Part shown: piece by piece, positions 25,621 through 38,068 of the stretch
How positions within the stretch are numbered: the stretch's first letter is position 1
How the letters are laid out: the number at the start of each line of letters is the position of its first letter
Origin: Octopus vulgaris
Taxonomy: Eukaryota
Length of the DNA stretch: 64,000 nt
NCBI GenBank assembly: GCA_951406725.2
Contig: OX597838.1
Location: forward strand, 5,952,001 to 6,016,000
Direction of reading: 5' to 3'
Notes under the pieces: generated by a model
The model's input: the letters and a program-made list of their open reading frames with translations, nothing else
What the model was told of the DNA's origin: nothing
The model's database searches: none
Program-made: the position numbers and the translations under genes

Positions 25621-26889
25621 ATACAAAGATACATAAGACAGATAAATATTTCGTAAATATTCGTTTACGTCAGTTGTTTAAAAAATGATCCATTCGATAA
25701 ATCATGCAAGACTCTGTCTGTTCGTCTCTATTTCTCTTTTTTTTTATTATCTTGCTTGCTTACTTCCTTCATTTCTTCGTCAATAAACACGAGGAAATTA
25801 TAGGCGAATGATGCGTGTGTATGAACGAGCGAATGCACATGGCGGTTTGTGATTCACATGAAATGCACCGCACTGCGTGAACATGATGATTGTTATTGAA
25901 CTATCAGAAATTAAAGCCCAAGCATCACGTATTGTGGATCATTAAACAAAGTGCTGTTGAATTGAGATTCTAACAGCAACGCCATAACTCTAAAAATGTG
26001 ACATCACTCGTGTAATCCTGCCAATCACATCTATAACCTTTAACACACTCTGACGTGGTGGTGATAAATCCATTAATATTTTGTTTTTCTCTTTTTCGAT
26101 TCTTTTACACGTAATTCGAAACGTAACTTTTTATTAACAAATTGAAAACCAAATCTCCATTTCTCTGTTCACAATAGCGGTTGTGATGATGATGAACAAA
26201 TATTAATAATAATAATAATAATAATATTAACATGATACTGATAATAACGTGGATGAAAAATAATAATAGTAATTGTGCTGAAATTAATAAACAAGCAGCA
26301 GAAGAAATTGTAGAAGGGGGAGGAAAAAAGGGGACGTCTGACAAAGAGCTGCAGGAATATGCATAACTACACACTCAGCTTCCGAAACATTCCCAATTAA
26401 AAAAAGGAAATATTGACTGGAAGTGATATGGGAGGTATTTTGAATATTATTCATAAAGTGAGCTCAAATATTTCAGTTCAATTTTAGTGAGGGTTTGAGA
26501 TAAAAAAAAAAATAAAAGAGAAAAGGGTGTGACACTATAATTCTTTGAAAGATTAAGGAATAAATTAACACGGCAAAGAGAGAAAATGATTTTAGAATGA
26601 CAATATTGTGCGTCACGTGCTTCGGGAATCTAAATCATTTGACCAAAATTTGATAAAAATAATAACTGCCCCTAATGAACTAGTGCATGTTCATTCATTT
26701 TTCATGTTTCATATTAGCGTTGGGGGAAGTGAAGCCGTAGTGCCTATCAATTATTTGATTCGAGAATTTGTTTCAATTGTAGGGTTACAATCAAACTGTA
26801 GGGTTTCATTTGTCGATTATATCTTCTGTAATATACTCAGTGCATCAATACTCTTTCACACTACTCTTTAACAAACTGCTAGATACTCT

Positions 26890-27207
26890 GAGACCCCCCC
26901 TACGGTCATGACTCACCATGGGATTGCACCTAGATTACTTTCCCAGGTACAATTCCGGGCAAAGTTGTTTATGGAAGACCAGCAGTCGCCCATGCATACA
27001 GGCCTCCCGTCTCTATGCCACCAGTGTTATCTAAGGGAAAGGCAAAGGGGCCGATACAGCTTGGTACCTGTGACGTCGCAACACATTTAAGAGCTGAGTC
27101 AATTGAGCAACGTGAAATAAAGTTTTCTTGCTCAAGAACTGAACACGCATCCCGGTCCGAGATTCGAACTCACCACCTCACGATCGGTAGCTAGACGCTC
27201 TAACCAC
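26890..27207 (-). mobile_element. Family-D tRNA-derived SINE (CORE-like middle, possibly RTE-related tail)
   Basis: Minus strand reads GTGGTTAGAGCGTC...GAGTTCGAATCTC, then TTCTTGAGCAAGAAAACTTTATTTCACGTTGCTC; tail shared with 58690-58998. The RTE link is by recognition only. Confidence 0.75.
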
Positions 27208-27535
27208 CTTTGTAAATAATTTTCAATCGGAACGTATTGGTGATACAGACTTCAATAGAAGCAAATTCCATTAGGTGCCAATCGCCGACATCGAATATGA
27301 AATCCTTTGTCTACAAAATAATAAACGTTATATACTCAACGATTGAACCCATGCATTCATACATGCAATCAAACGTATATTTTGTGTTTTCTATGTGAAA
27401 TTAGAGATGTACTTGCATAGCAAGTGATTTGATCTGAGATCGTATGCTGAAACGAAAACATTTGCAGCGTGGAAGGTGTTTGTAAGCCATTTAAGAAACA
27501 AAAGCCGTTGGATTCACTTCAACATTTAAGTGTAA

Positions 27536-27586
27536 TTTGTCAAAATATTTTCGTCGCTTTAAAACCACGACCGGTTCACTGACAAA
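27536..27586 (-). ncRNA. Variant type I hammerhead-like fold (G3-C8 swap; position 9 is C)
   Basis: Minus strand: TTTGTCA-GTGAACC-G-GTCGT(loop)GCGAC-GAAA-ATAT-TT-TGACAAA; 7-bp stem I, 5-bp stem II, palindromic AAAATATTTT. Confidence 0.45.
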
Positions 27587-28346
27587 CATCCGTGCTTGTT
27601 TTTAGAAAAGATGGAATCAGATACAGGTGAACGTTGAATAGTCCTTTAAAATCTTCTTTTAATCTATATATCCTGCTCAACGATGGTTCACGATCTGAGG
27701 GAAACTACCTTAACGATAAGCTTCCTTCAGTTCACTTAGAAAACTCGCCTTCCTTTAAACAAGCATCGGATAATGTACAATTCATATACAATACTTGTAA
27801 AATCATGGGGTTGTTATATACAGGTTTATTATCGAATATACCAGCAGAATCAGGATTGGTCTAAGATAAAAATGAACGTTTGAAAATAGGAACAATTAAA
27901 TTCGGTGAAAATAGATTTCATTTCTAGTAATCTCCGGGATACGACGAAAAATGTGACGTCCATACTTGCAAGAGGTATTCCTAATTTCATTCCTGGATTT
28001 CCTCCCACTCACGTTCACTCACATTCCTGGTGTTTTAATTTCTCATTTTTTTCTCACCTGAGTATCAGTAATCCTTTATGAAACCTTTACTGAGGTAAAC
28101 ATTCTCAGTCAGGTATAAGATTAACCTATAAAATTGTAAACCAAATTTTACTGTTGCCGATACGACTGTCGGGCGACCAATTAATTTGATCCAGGAAAGT
28201 AATATAGATTTTAATAATAGACTAAATGCTACCTCTAAAGTTCATACAATAATCAAAAAAATTGTATCATGCATAAGGTAGGAGGATGCTTCCACAGACA
28301 CACAGGAGCATTTGCTATCGTTAGTACATTGATGTAAAATGCTACG

Positions 28347-28580
28347 AGGCGGCGAGCTAGCAGAAACGTTAGCACGCCGGGCGAAATGCGTAGCCGTATT
28401 TCGTCTGCCGTTACGTTCTGAGTTCAAGTTCCGCGGAGGTCGAATTTGCCTTTCATCCTTTCGTGGTCGATTAAATAATTATCAGTTACGCACTGGGGTC
28501 GATATAATCGACTTAATCCGTTTGTCTGTCCTTGTTTGTCCTCTCTATGTTTATCCCCTTGTGGGTAGTAAAGAAATAGA
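28347..28580 (+). mobile_element. Full-length family-A SINE
   Basis: AGGCGGCGAGCTAGCAGAAACG ... GGGTAGTAAAGAAATAGA. Confidence 0.92.
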
Positions 28581-28626
28581 TATAATATGCTATTGGCTAA
28601 ACATGGGTAGGCGAACAATACACTAC

Positions 28627-28674
<48 letters not shown>

Positions 28675-29839
28675 GTGTGTGTTTATCATACACCTTAGTA
28701 ATAAATCACCAGCTTACTGGCTTTTACAATCTACGGCACTAAAAGTATGTAAACGCATGTAAATCTTACACGTATGTGTACGGATAACAATTTAATATTT
28801 TGTTAGAAACTCATCTCATACACACACGTTATATATAAAATGTATGTATTTATACAGAAATATCTTGGTACACACGCATGAACAAACTTTCTTTTTTTTC
28901 TCCCGCACATTTGTTCATGCTCTCACAAACATATTTTCTACTCAGAAATAAATAACAAAACTTAATGAAGTTACCGAAATATTTTCGGAAAATTAAAACA
29001 GGAATTTAAACAGCTGAACAATGGAAATGTTGACGAATATCATGAAAGTCTTTCCTTTGATGTATATTGTGATATATTCATGTATAGAAGCAGAATTCCA
29101 TCAAATTACAGAACTAATGTAATGAAGTCAATACAACCAAACCTTTTGATTAATTTATAATAAAACATTACATCGATAGTTTCTTTGATTTAAAGTTTTC
29201 TATTGCTGTTCTGGTTACATTCCTCTTTCGTTGATATTGCGTTTTGTTTTGAAAATGTTGCTTTCATTATATATTTGTAAGGATTAATATAAATGAGACA
29301 TATTTTGTCATTTTGCCTCACGTGAAAATGTCTGTTATGTCCAAACCACATGGAGCACAGAGGTATAAAACAGCGACAATTAATTCGTTACCGATGTGAA
29401 AAGGACAGATTTGCTGTCGCCATTTCTGATGCTATTCATGGTATTATGGTTACTGAATGCATCGCTGCACCTACCTTGCTATTACTGCTATTTATTAGTA
29501 TCGTTGGAGAGTCGGACAAAATGTTTTGTATCTCAGCTGGTTGTTTTCATTTTCCGATTCAACTTCGCCTTCATATTTTCACAGAGGATAAAGCTACAAT
29601 GGATTTTTTGCGGTGGTTGTAATCAACCTGCGCCTCCTATTGGAATTGTTCACTTGTACTGGGAGAATTATTACTTTAAATAATACAAACCTCTCCTTAC
29701 TATTCTTGTAGAAAAAGAATCGTAGTTGTAAATGTTTTTTCAAGATTTGTGTATGAAAAGCTAGACAAGAAGATGGCACTATACAAAACTACCGCAGTGT
29801 GAAGACGTTGTTGCGACTAGCAGTATATTACATCCAATA

Positions 29840-29890
29840 CCCTCGGTGTTACAGTGATATAAAATGAGTATATAGGTGTGTGTGTCTGTA

Positions 29891-29923
<33 letters not shown>

Positions 29924-29993
29924 TATATATATATATACATACACACCCCCTCGGTGTTACAGTGATATAAAATGAGTATGTAGGTGTGTGTGT

Positions 29994-30035
<42 letters not shown>

Positions 30036-30040
30036 CACAG
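29840..30040. repeat. Tandem duplication of about 108 bp that includes a microsatellite
   Basis: CCCTCGGTGTTACAGTGATATAAAATGAGTAT(A/G)TAGGTGTGTGTGTCT at 29840 and 29948. Confidence 0.9.
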
Positions 30041-30660
30041 TGTGTGTATTTGTGAGCGTGTTATTGATAAATATCCCACGATTCCAACAGTTTATATAAA
30101 TAAATTAAAGATAAGGTATTTCGTTCTTAGCTATTGAATTAAAATTATCGCAGTCTCATTCTCAAGAGTGTAGTGTCTCCGGTGTAGTTGTTACAAGTAA
30201 GACAAGACTGATCGAATTCTATAACGTCTCTACAGAGTACTACTTACAACTACCAAGTTTGTCATCGTCGTCGTCGTGTATTATTGACCTCAACGTGGAC
30301 CTGTGTCTGTAATACCGAAGCTGAGCGAGGTTTTTCTTTCCATCTTCAATGCTCTATTATTGTAATTTATTCTTGTTATTATCTCTATCAACCACCGGTT
30401 AATCACAAGATAATCATTGATAATTCCTGCTCTTTGAAGAAGAATAGCCGTAGTTAACACCAATGTTTGAGATGATTTTCAGGCCTAAGGAGGAAGAATG
30501 AGTACTAGCTGACCTGTGGCTACCCGGTCCTTCCTCATAGCTTCAAGTCCCCATTACCTAGAAAGAAGTGAACATCAATTTACAGTAACTTATGGTTGCA
30601 GTAAAATGTTGTGTGAGTGGAAGTTCCCATTTTCTTAGAGGGAGATACAGGAAGATTATA

Positions 30661-31600
30661 TACAGGGTGCATAAGAGAGTTTAGGACATACGTTTTTGGG
30701 GTTATTACTGCATTTTTTGCAAACAGTGTATAATCGTTGTTTCAGAAAATAATAATTGCAGGCCCTCAGCTTACACAAGAAATGAAGCGGCATTCTGTAA
30801 TTATAGTTATAAACGCTGAGCATATCGATTTAGAAATATCTCGGTTTTAAAATTCACCAGATGTTTCGTCTCCAAATTCTGTAAGGATCTGGAGACTGAA
30901 GACGAAACGTTCACCAGTGTCGAAGCATAAAAAGCGTTCTAAACTCTCCGAAATCATCAGAACACCTGAATTTATTCAGCAAGGTCAACAGACCATTTAT
31001 TACAATCCCAGGAAATCCATGAGGTCAGTTGCAACAGATCTCGATGTGTCGTCACAAAGACATCATTTTTCTATGATGAGGACAGGCCAAGTTGTCAGAA
31101 AAATCAAACGAAATGCACTAAATCAGATCTAAAATGCGCTTAAACAACCTGAAAAATCCAGCTGATGATTTGATTTGGTTTTTCTCAAAGTATCACACAT
31201 GGCTCTAGTAACACAGGAATGGAAGGCTGAAGATTTTCATAATCACATAACCCATAATTCCCTAATTCCCTCCTAATTCCCCAGATCATAATCCATTGGA
31301 CTATTATATGTGGAACGCTTTCGAGAGTGATGTCAGTGATGACGTCCATAACACCAAAGATTCTTTGCAAGCTGCCATTGTTAGAATAATATCCGAAATG
31401 AAAGAGGGTCACTTGATTCGAGGATGTAGATGATTTAGGTCGCATACAAAGCGGTTATTGAAGCTGAAGGTGGCTTTACTGAATGACATTATAGAAAAGG
31501 TTTATTGTTATCCACATAGCAGTCTTTGATAAAGTTATATGTTATTAAATATTTTTTCTTTATATAAACATAAATCTGTCGTCAAATATCGCACCATCTC
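30661..31600 (+). mobile_element. Decayed Tc1/mariner DNA transposon (maT/DD37D-like)
   Basis: TA-CAGGGTG left end; HTH-like IIRTPEFIQQ..NPRKSMRSVATDLDVS; catalytic-end motif PPNSPDHNPLDYYMW from 31269; C-terminus AVIEAEGGFTE* at 31486; central deletion and stop codons. Confidence 0.88.
30917..31486 (+). pseudogene. Transposase pseudogene fragments
   Basis: SPDxNPxD motif and the C-terminal VIxAxGG pattern typical of Tc1/mariner, with frameshifts and an internal stop. Confidence 0.85.
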
Positions 31601-31608
31601 TCACCCCT

Positions 31609-31624
31609 TCTCTCTCTCTCTCTC

Positions 31625-31698
<74 letters not shown>
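31609..31698. repeat. (CT)n(TA)n microsatellite
   Basis: Directly visible. Confidence 0.95.
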
Positions 31699-33352
31699 AT
31701 GACGTGTGTGTACGTGATTTTGTCTTTCGCAAAACATCACGTATGCGAGAAAGTCGGAAACAGCGGCTTTTGGAGCGAGCTACGAAATGTCTATTCTTTT
31801 GCCTCAATTTATTGACAATGATTTGTGGCCATCACCACCAAGTCTTTATTGAACCAGTGAATGGTTCGACAAGCTCGAAACCTTTACAGTTCAATAGTTC
31901 CCAGGTAAATGAAGAAAAATGAATGAATAAATGATGTATGATACGCATGTGAACTAACTTCGACATCGATAAGTAATATTCTAAGTTAAAACTATGTCCA
32001 CCTGTTGCTCTAACTTTCCGACTTTCAGTTGCTAGGCAATAACTAAATGCTGTGGTGTTGTGGTAGATGTTAAACGAAATATATTTCTATATAATATTAC
32101 CTAATAGAATTATGACATAAGGAAAATTGAATTTAATGCTGTTTGCATCTTTAAAATGACTCTAAAGATTTCCACAACGATGCAATCTAAAAGAAAAAAA
32201 ACTAAATTTTATTTAATATAATTCAAAACTGATTACGTTATACTACTTTTTATAAATTAACATGACTTTATCACATACATTTAGATACTAATTCTCGTAT
32301 TAGAGGACGTAATGACATTACGTAAGATATGGAGCTGTGCTGTGCAGGATGAAATATATATATTTAGGATATGCACATACATACACAAAAAGGTAAAATG
32401 CGGATAATATAATTTCATTATTTCATGAAATATGTAAGAGCATAAGAATTCACATGTATCCGGAATACACATATACACATAACTTTGCACACTCACCTAT
32501 CGTGAGTATATTTGTGCAACTTACACAAACGCATACATGTGATACAAAGAATATGCACGAACGATAGGTTCTCAATAAGTTACGAAGTGTGATTTTTTAA
32601 TATAAAATCCAGGTATATTACTACATTCTATGATATTAATTTCCCTGCTAAATGCATCATTTCCGAAATGATTCTGCAGAAGGGTTTTATGTATGTATTC
32701 ATGAATATAATCCGTGCTCAATCACATGTGTGTGCGTGGATATATATACATAAGTGAAGTATTATTACCGTTATATAAAGTAAAAATGAGGTGGGTAGCA
32801 ATTTCTACTTATACAAGTATAATATAAATATTATCTTTGTATTCCATTCCGAGGTAAGCCTATTTTAAAATATATATCCATTGCCTTGCTCGTATGTATA
32901 GTTATGGTAATATTTACGGTGGTTTTCTGAAGTTGTCGCATTGATTTGTAGCAAGGAGTATGCTTACCCTACGTTTCTTACCTGTCTGTGCTGAGATAAT
33001 ACAGCTTGCAATACAAATAAAGGATGTTTGAAAATCTGCCTTGTATTGCATTATTTCGGAGTTATAAGGCATTCGGGCTTAATGTCACGTAGGGAAACGA
33101 GAGGCAGAATAAACCGTAGCTCATGGATAGCGAAATTCGTGTTGCAGGTTTAGGAAATTTTGAAACTAATGCAATTCCAGCATACTTTTCACTAACTATT
33201 CTATTCCAAGACATACATATGATCCAAGATTCGAGGAGTAGGAATAAAGTTAGCTTCAAGCAATTCTTAGTAAATACAAAAAAAAACCCCGAACTTCCAG
33301 GATAAGTTATGATTTATTGAGATTATATATATATAAAGAGACGAGCATGTAT

Positions 33353-33488
33353 AGTTAGTGGTTAATGATTATTTATTAATAAATTGATAATCATTTCCAC
33401 CTACAGCTGTTTCCATTTATTTAAATGGAAACACCTGTGGGAAGAATGGATTACATATTTATTAATAAATAATTATGAACCACTGACT
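33353..33488. repeat. Long imperfect inverted repeat (fold-back)
   Basis: AGTTAGTGGTTAATGATTATTTATTAATAAAT...CAGCTGTTTCCATTTA / TAAATGGAAACACCTG...ATTTATTAATAAATAATTATGAACCACTGACT. Confidence 0.9.
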
Positions 33489-33817
33489 CTCCATTTTCTT
33501 CTTACATTAATACGGATTATATCATTATTAGTTTAGGAGATTTATTTTCCCAAATATATAATGTATAGAAGCAGTGTTTCCTTACATGTTATCAGCCCTT
33601 TCAGAGGTTAATATATCCTCTAATTAAGTAATATAAACTATGCCACAAAAATATTCAGTTGTTTTATCTAAATGAACAAGATGTTTGTACATTCACAAGT
33701 TCGAGAAAGGAACGAAAGCGGCAATATTAATGAAGGAATATTGTTTTCCAAATGTCTAACGACGTTATTTTTCTAATTCTTCAATTTCTGCACTTCACAT
33801 TATTTATACAGACAGAC

Positions 33818-33848
<31 letters not shown>

Positions 33849-34861
33849 GTGGAGAGATGTTCTTTCCTACGTAGTCATACAACACAGTGTTGTAAATATT
33901 TATATTTCGTATTTATTTATTACTTAACAAAAATAAAATTTCAGAATTATCTCTCCTAAACTAAGTTAATGAAGTAGTGACGTTGTTGCATTGTTGCCAT
34001 ACATTATATTCACCTTTGATATACGCACATACAATCAGGTATTGCATCTCTGAACGAAACAATAAAAATACGAATGGAAACATTGAAATATCTTAAATCC
34101 GGCGTTAAATGCTTGCTTTTTCGACTTTGACAATCTTAAGTACACCTGCTACCTTCTAAAAGCACGTAGAAGTGTCTATAATAATCATACCTAACCATAC
34201 ATTAGCACAGAATATAAAATATCCGAAGAAGATTAAACTCATAAACTGCTCAGTGTTTGATATAATATCTCTAGGCGCATATACACACATCATATTTCAC
34301 AAATGCAATGATTTTTATATTGTATATATCATGTTGATTCAAATTACAACTGGTGAACATTCAGCCGTTAGAAATATAGCGAAATCTCTTCGTAATTCCG
34401 ACCAAATGTTATAATTTAAAATGGCCGACATAAAGTAATACGTATCCACAGCGCACCAGATTGGCGCCGAATTATGTTGGCGTATTACATAACTGGTTAT
34501 CCAAGTATAATATGTACCTGAAATAAATGTTACATATTCCTGCTTGGCTGTGTGTATGTGTCAGTGTGTGCGTGTCGAGCGCGCGGTATAAATATTATTT
34601 TAGGTGATGCTTGGTTTTATAATGCGTGAATCTACAAAAACCCCCCCAAAAAGCATACAAACTAGAATATACTAAAATTGAGTAAGACAAGCATATAAAC
34701 CTGTCTAGAAATGTTTCAGTTTATATAGTCAAACCACATTGGCGGGAATACATTTTAAACGCAGTGTAAGCTATATTTTTAAGATACTTTTTACCTACCT
34801 ATATAAAAGTTTTGATGTATTCGAAAGATCCTAAAAAAATTCCATGTAGAATCGTTTATTC

Positions 34862-34908
<47 letters not shown>

Positions 34909-35927
34909 AACACGTGTTCATATGTGTATATATATATATATATATAGATATACAATCTCATCTATGCTCGCATACACACACACTCATACGCACATGCCAT
35001 TCTCGATCTAATGCAGCAATCCATGTATTTCCCCGATCCTTTCCCCCAACTCAATGATAACCGACGTTGTTGGATATAGATGGTCAGAGACAGTATCCTC
35101 TTGACCACGACAGGGGTTGGTTTCTAAATATCTATTACATAGTGTAGCATATTTAAGCTGCTTAACCCTCTCATAGCATCATTGCATATCCTAGTTATTC
35201 CCATAATCATAAGCATCAACGAAGGACACGAATTCATATTTTCTGCTAAGGCCATAATTAAGCAATATCCCTTCTGTGTATGGTTTTCACCTCCACCACT
35301 AAAAGTATTTGCTTCTAGCTCAGTACACAGATACATTTGACTTATTACGTGTGTATGTGTATTTTTGTAAAATCTGTCACGAAGGTGTCTCGAATTTTAG
35401 CAGTATAAAGAGGTCATTTTTGTTTCAAATAACTGCAGTAAGAAACGTCGGTTTTTTTTTAAATATCGTCTCTTAGCAGGCTATGTTAATATTCCATCAT
35501 CTAGTTAAAGTCCTCAACAATCTTACAGTAATGTGTTACGAGCCCCTGCTATGTGTCTTGTAATTTAGAGATATTCAAATGATTACTTCACAAGACATAG
35601 CTGAGTTCTCACGTTTTTTAAACTTTGCAGTAATTTATGCACAAAACGGAATGCTGTTTAGATCAACCATTTCGTTCGTTGTTGCATCCTAACCCAATGC
35701 TACATCTAATTCAATTATCATAACTTAGCCTGTTATGTTATTACTGTGATGTTTTGAGACCAAAATTAAACGCAGCTGCATTTTACAAAAGTTATTATAC
35801 ACCAGCGCTGTTCTTCATTCGCTCACACATACCGTTACGTATATATGAATATGCAGTTGTGTCTATGTATATATGTGTTAAGTGCGTGTGTATCTGTGAA
35901 TATACACATATGCATATCTAGAAATGT

Positions 35928-35939
35928 CTCTCTCTCTCT

Positions 35940-35976
<37 letters not shown>

Positions 35977-36037
35977 TATATATATATATATTATATTGTG
36001 TGTATATATATATATATATATATTATATTTGTGTGTG

Positions 36038-36069
<32 letters not shown>

Positions 36070-36165
36070 ATATTATATTGTGTGTGTATATATATATATA
36101 TATATTATATTTTTTTATATATATATATATATATATTTGTGTGTATTATATATATATTATATTTG

Positions 36166-36197
<32 letters not shown>

Positions 36198-36296
36198 TGT
36201 GTGTGTATATATATATATATTGTGTGTGTATATATATATATATTATATTTGTGTGTATATATATTATATATTATATTTTTGTTTATGTGTGTGTGT

Positions 36297-36327
<31 letters not shown>

Positions 36328-36336
36328 GTGTGTATT

Positions 36337-36367
<31 letters not shown>

Positions 36368-36384
36368 TATATTTGTGTGTTATG

Positions 36385-36420
<36 letters not shown>

Positions 36421-36500
36421 GCGTTTGTGTGCTTGAATATAGTTTGCGCTTCCATATATAAATGCGTGTGTGTATGCATGCACGTGTAAGTATGTATGTG
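35928..36500. repeat. Large compound (TA)n/(TG)n satellite with higher-order TATTATATTTGTGTG unit
   Basis: Directly visible; source of the long IYIY/CVC ORFs. Confidence 0.95.
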
Positions 36501-36733
36501 CATATGTCCTTGTGTGTGGGCATGTGGTTCTATATGATTAATATTTTGTTTTTTGAAAGACTTTGAATTAATGTTTGTAAATATCTTAACATGCATCCGT
36601 TTTGTCGCTATTTAACAGTAAATATTGAAATAGAACAATATTTTTGGTAGCAACAGCATTAACTAATGACATTTTAACGATGTGTTATGGCTTAAAACAT
36701 TCATTTTATGGAAAATGCTTTGTGACGCCGCAC

Positions 36734-37133
36734 CTGAATATTATATCTGTACAACATACAAGATGGTGCAAAAGTAGGTATCTAGGTAAGAAAAAGAGAA
36801 AACACGGACAATACTCATTTATACGATAAAACTATTATAGTTATGAGAGATGTATCATTATTATTGACACTGAAAATATAAAAAAAATAATATTATATCT
36901 GTAATATTATATCTGAATATTATATCTGTACAGCGTACAAGATGGTGCGAAAGTATGTATCCAGGTAAGAAAAAAAGAAAACACGGAAAATACTCATTTA
37001 TACGATAAAAGTATTATAGTTATGATAAATGTACCATTATTATTAATGGCACTGAAAATATAAAAAATGAGGTTAACTAATTTAAAGTGCTGATAATTGT
37101 AACGAATTAAGTATTATACCTATTTTTGCATAC
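36734..37133 (+). mobile_element. Tc1/mariner-type MITE (36936-37133) with upstream partial tandem duplicate (36734-36890)
   Basis: Left end TACAAGATGGTGC(A/G)AAAGTA(G/T)GTAT; right end ATACCTATTTTTGCA (37116-37130) is its inverted match; about 155-bp direct duplication. Confidence 0.7.
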
Positions 37134-37884
37134 AAGCGAAATTAGCTACACATAATCTATACCTCAGACAATACACTTCAATACCTAAACACTAAAGATT
37201 AAAGATGTTTACATACTAACGCTAGGGAGTAAATTCACAATATATATTCAGATTAATATTTAAGAAAATTTAATGGAAAATAAACTGAAACGTGGATAAA
37301 ACATGAAACAATTTACACTAAATTTGCTGTGGTGAATGTACAAAGAAAAGAAAATGGGTGAACGGTACCTGGATACAAATATACTGCAGCGATAAATTTG
37401 TAGAGAAAGCGCATGCGTATATTATTTTGGCTAATGTAAACTATATGAGAAACAATGACTTTTATGTACGTTCTCTCGAATTTATGTACAGTTAGTTATG
37501 TGAAGTGGAAGTAAGTGCTACGATTAAATTCTACTCTATTGAAACAAAGAAATACATTCTGTAAGGAGGAGAAAGAGAGATGACTATTCCAAGTAGCTAT
37601 TTCATTCGGGGATGAAAAAAAAAAGAGATATCATATTCTTGCGAGAAATAAATTAGGATTAATAAGCTTGGGTGCTGGGAATGGAGATAAAGAAGCAAGA
37701 TTTAAAGACTATAGTTAATAAGGCACACACCGTGAGATGGAGAATTTTTTTAAAAAATGTTATTATTCAGATGGAAAAGAGGTAAGAAATGCTAGACATA
37801 GTCACAAATTTTACTCCACACATAACCATGCAAACTATTCACAGAAGCACAGTGACGGAGAACCAATCATGTCATCGGACAACA

Positions 37885-38068
37885 CCTATTTCTTTACTAC
37901 CCACAAGGGGCTATACACAGAGAGGAAAGACGAAAGGATTAAGTCGATTATATCGACCCCAGTGCGTAACTGGTACTTGTTTAATCGACCACGAAAGGAT
38001 GAAAAGCAAAGTTGACCTCGGCGGAATTTGAATTCAGAGCGTAGCGGCAGACGAAATGCCTATTTCTT
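37885..38068 (-). mobile_element. Headless family-A SINE unit bounded at both ends by the unit-end sequence
   Basis: Starts CCTATTTCTT and ends GAAATGCCTATTTCTT. Confidence 0.88.

Noticed and set aside
35845-36596. Longest ORFs (110-214 aa, IYIY/CVC-rich) and similar ORFs throughout the window
   Set aside because: They are translations of TA/TG/CA microsatellites that lack stop codons; no protein features.
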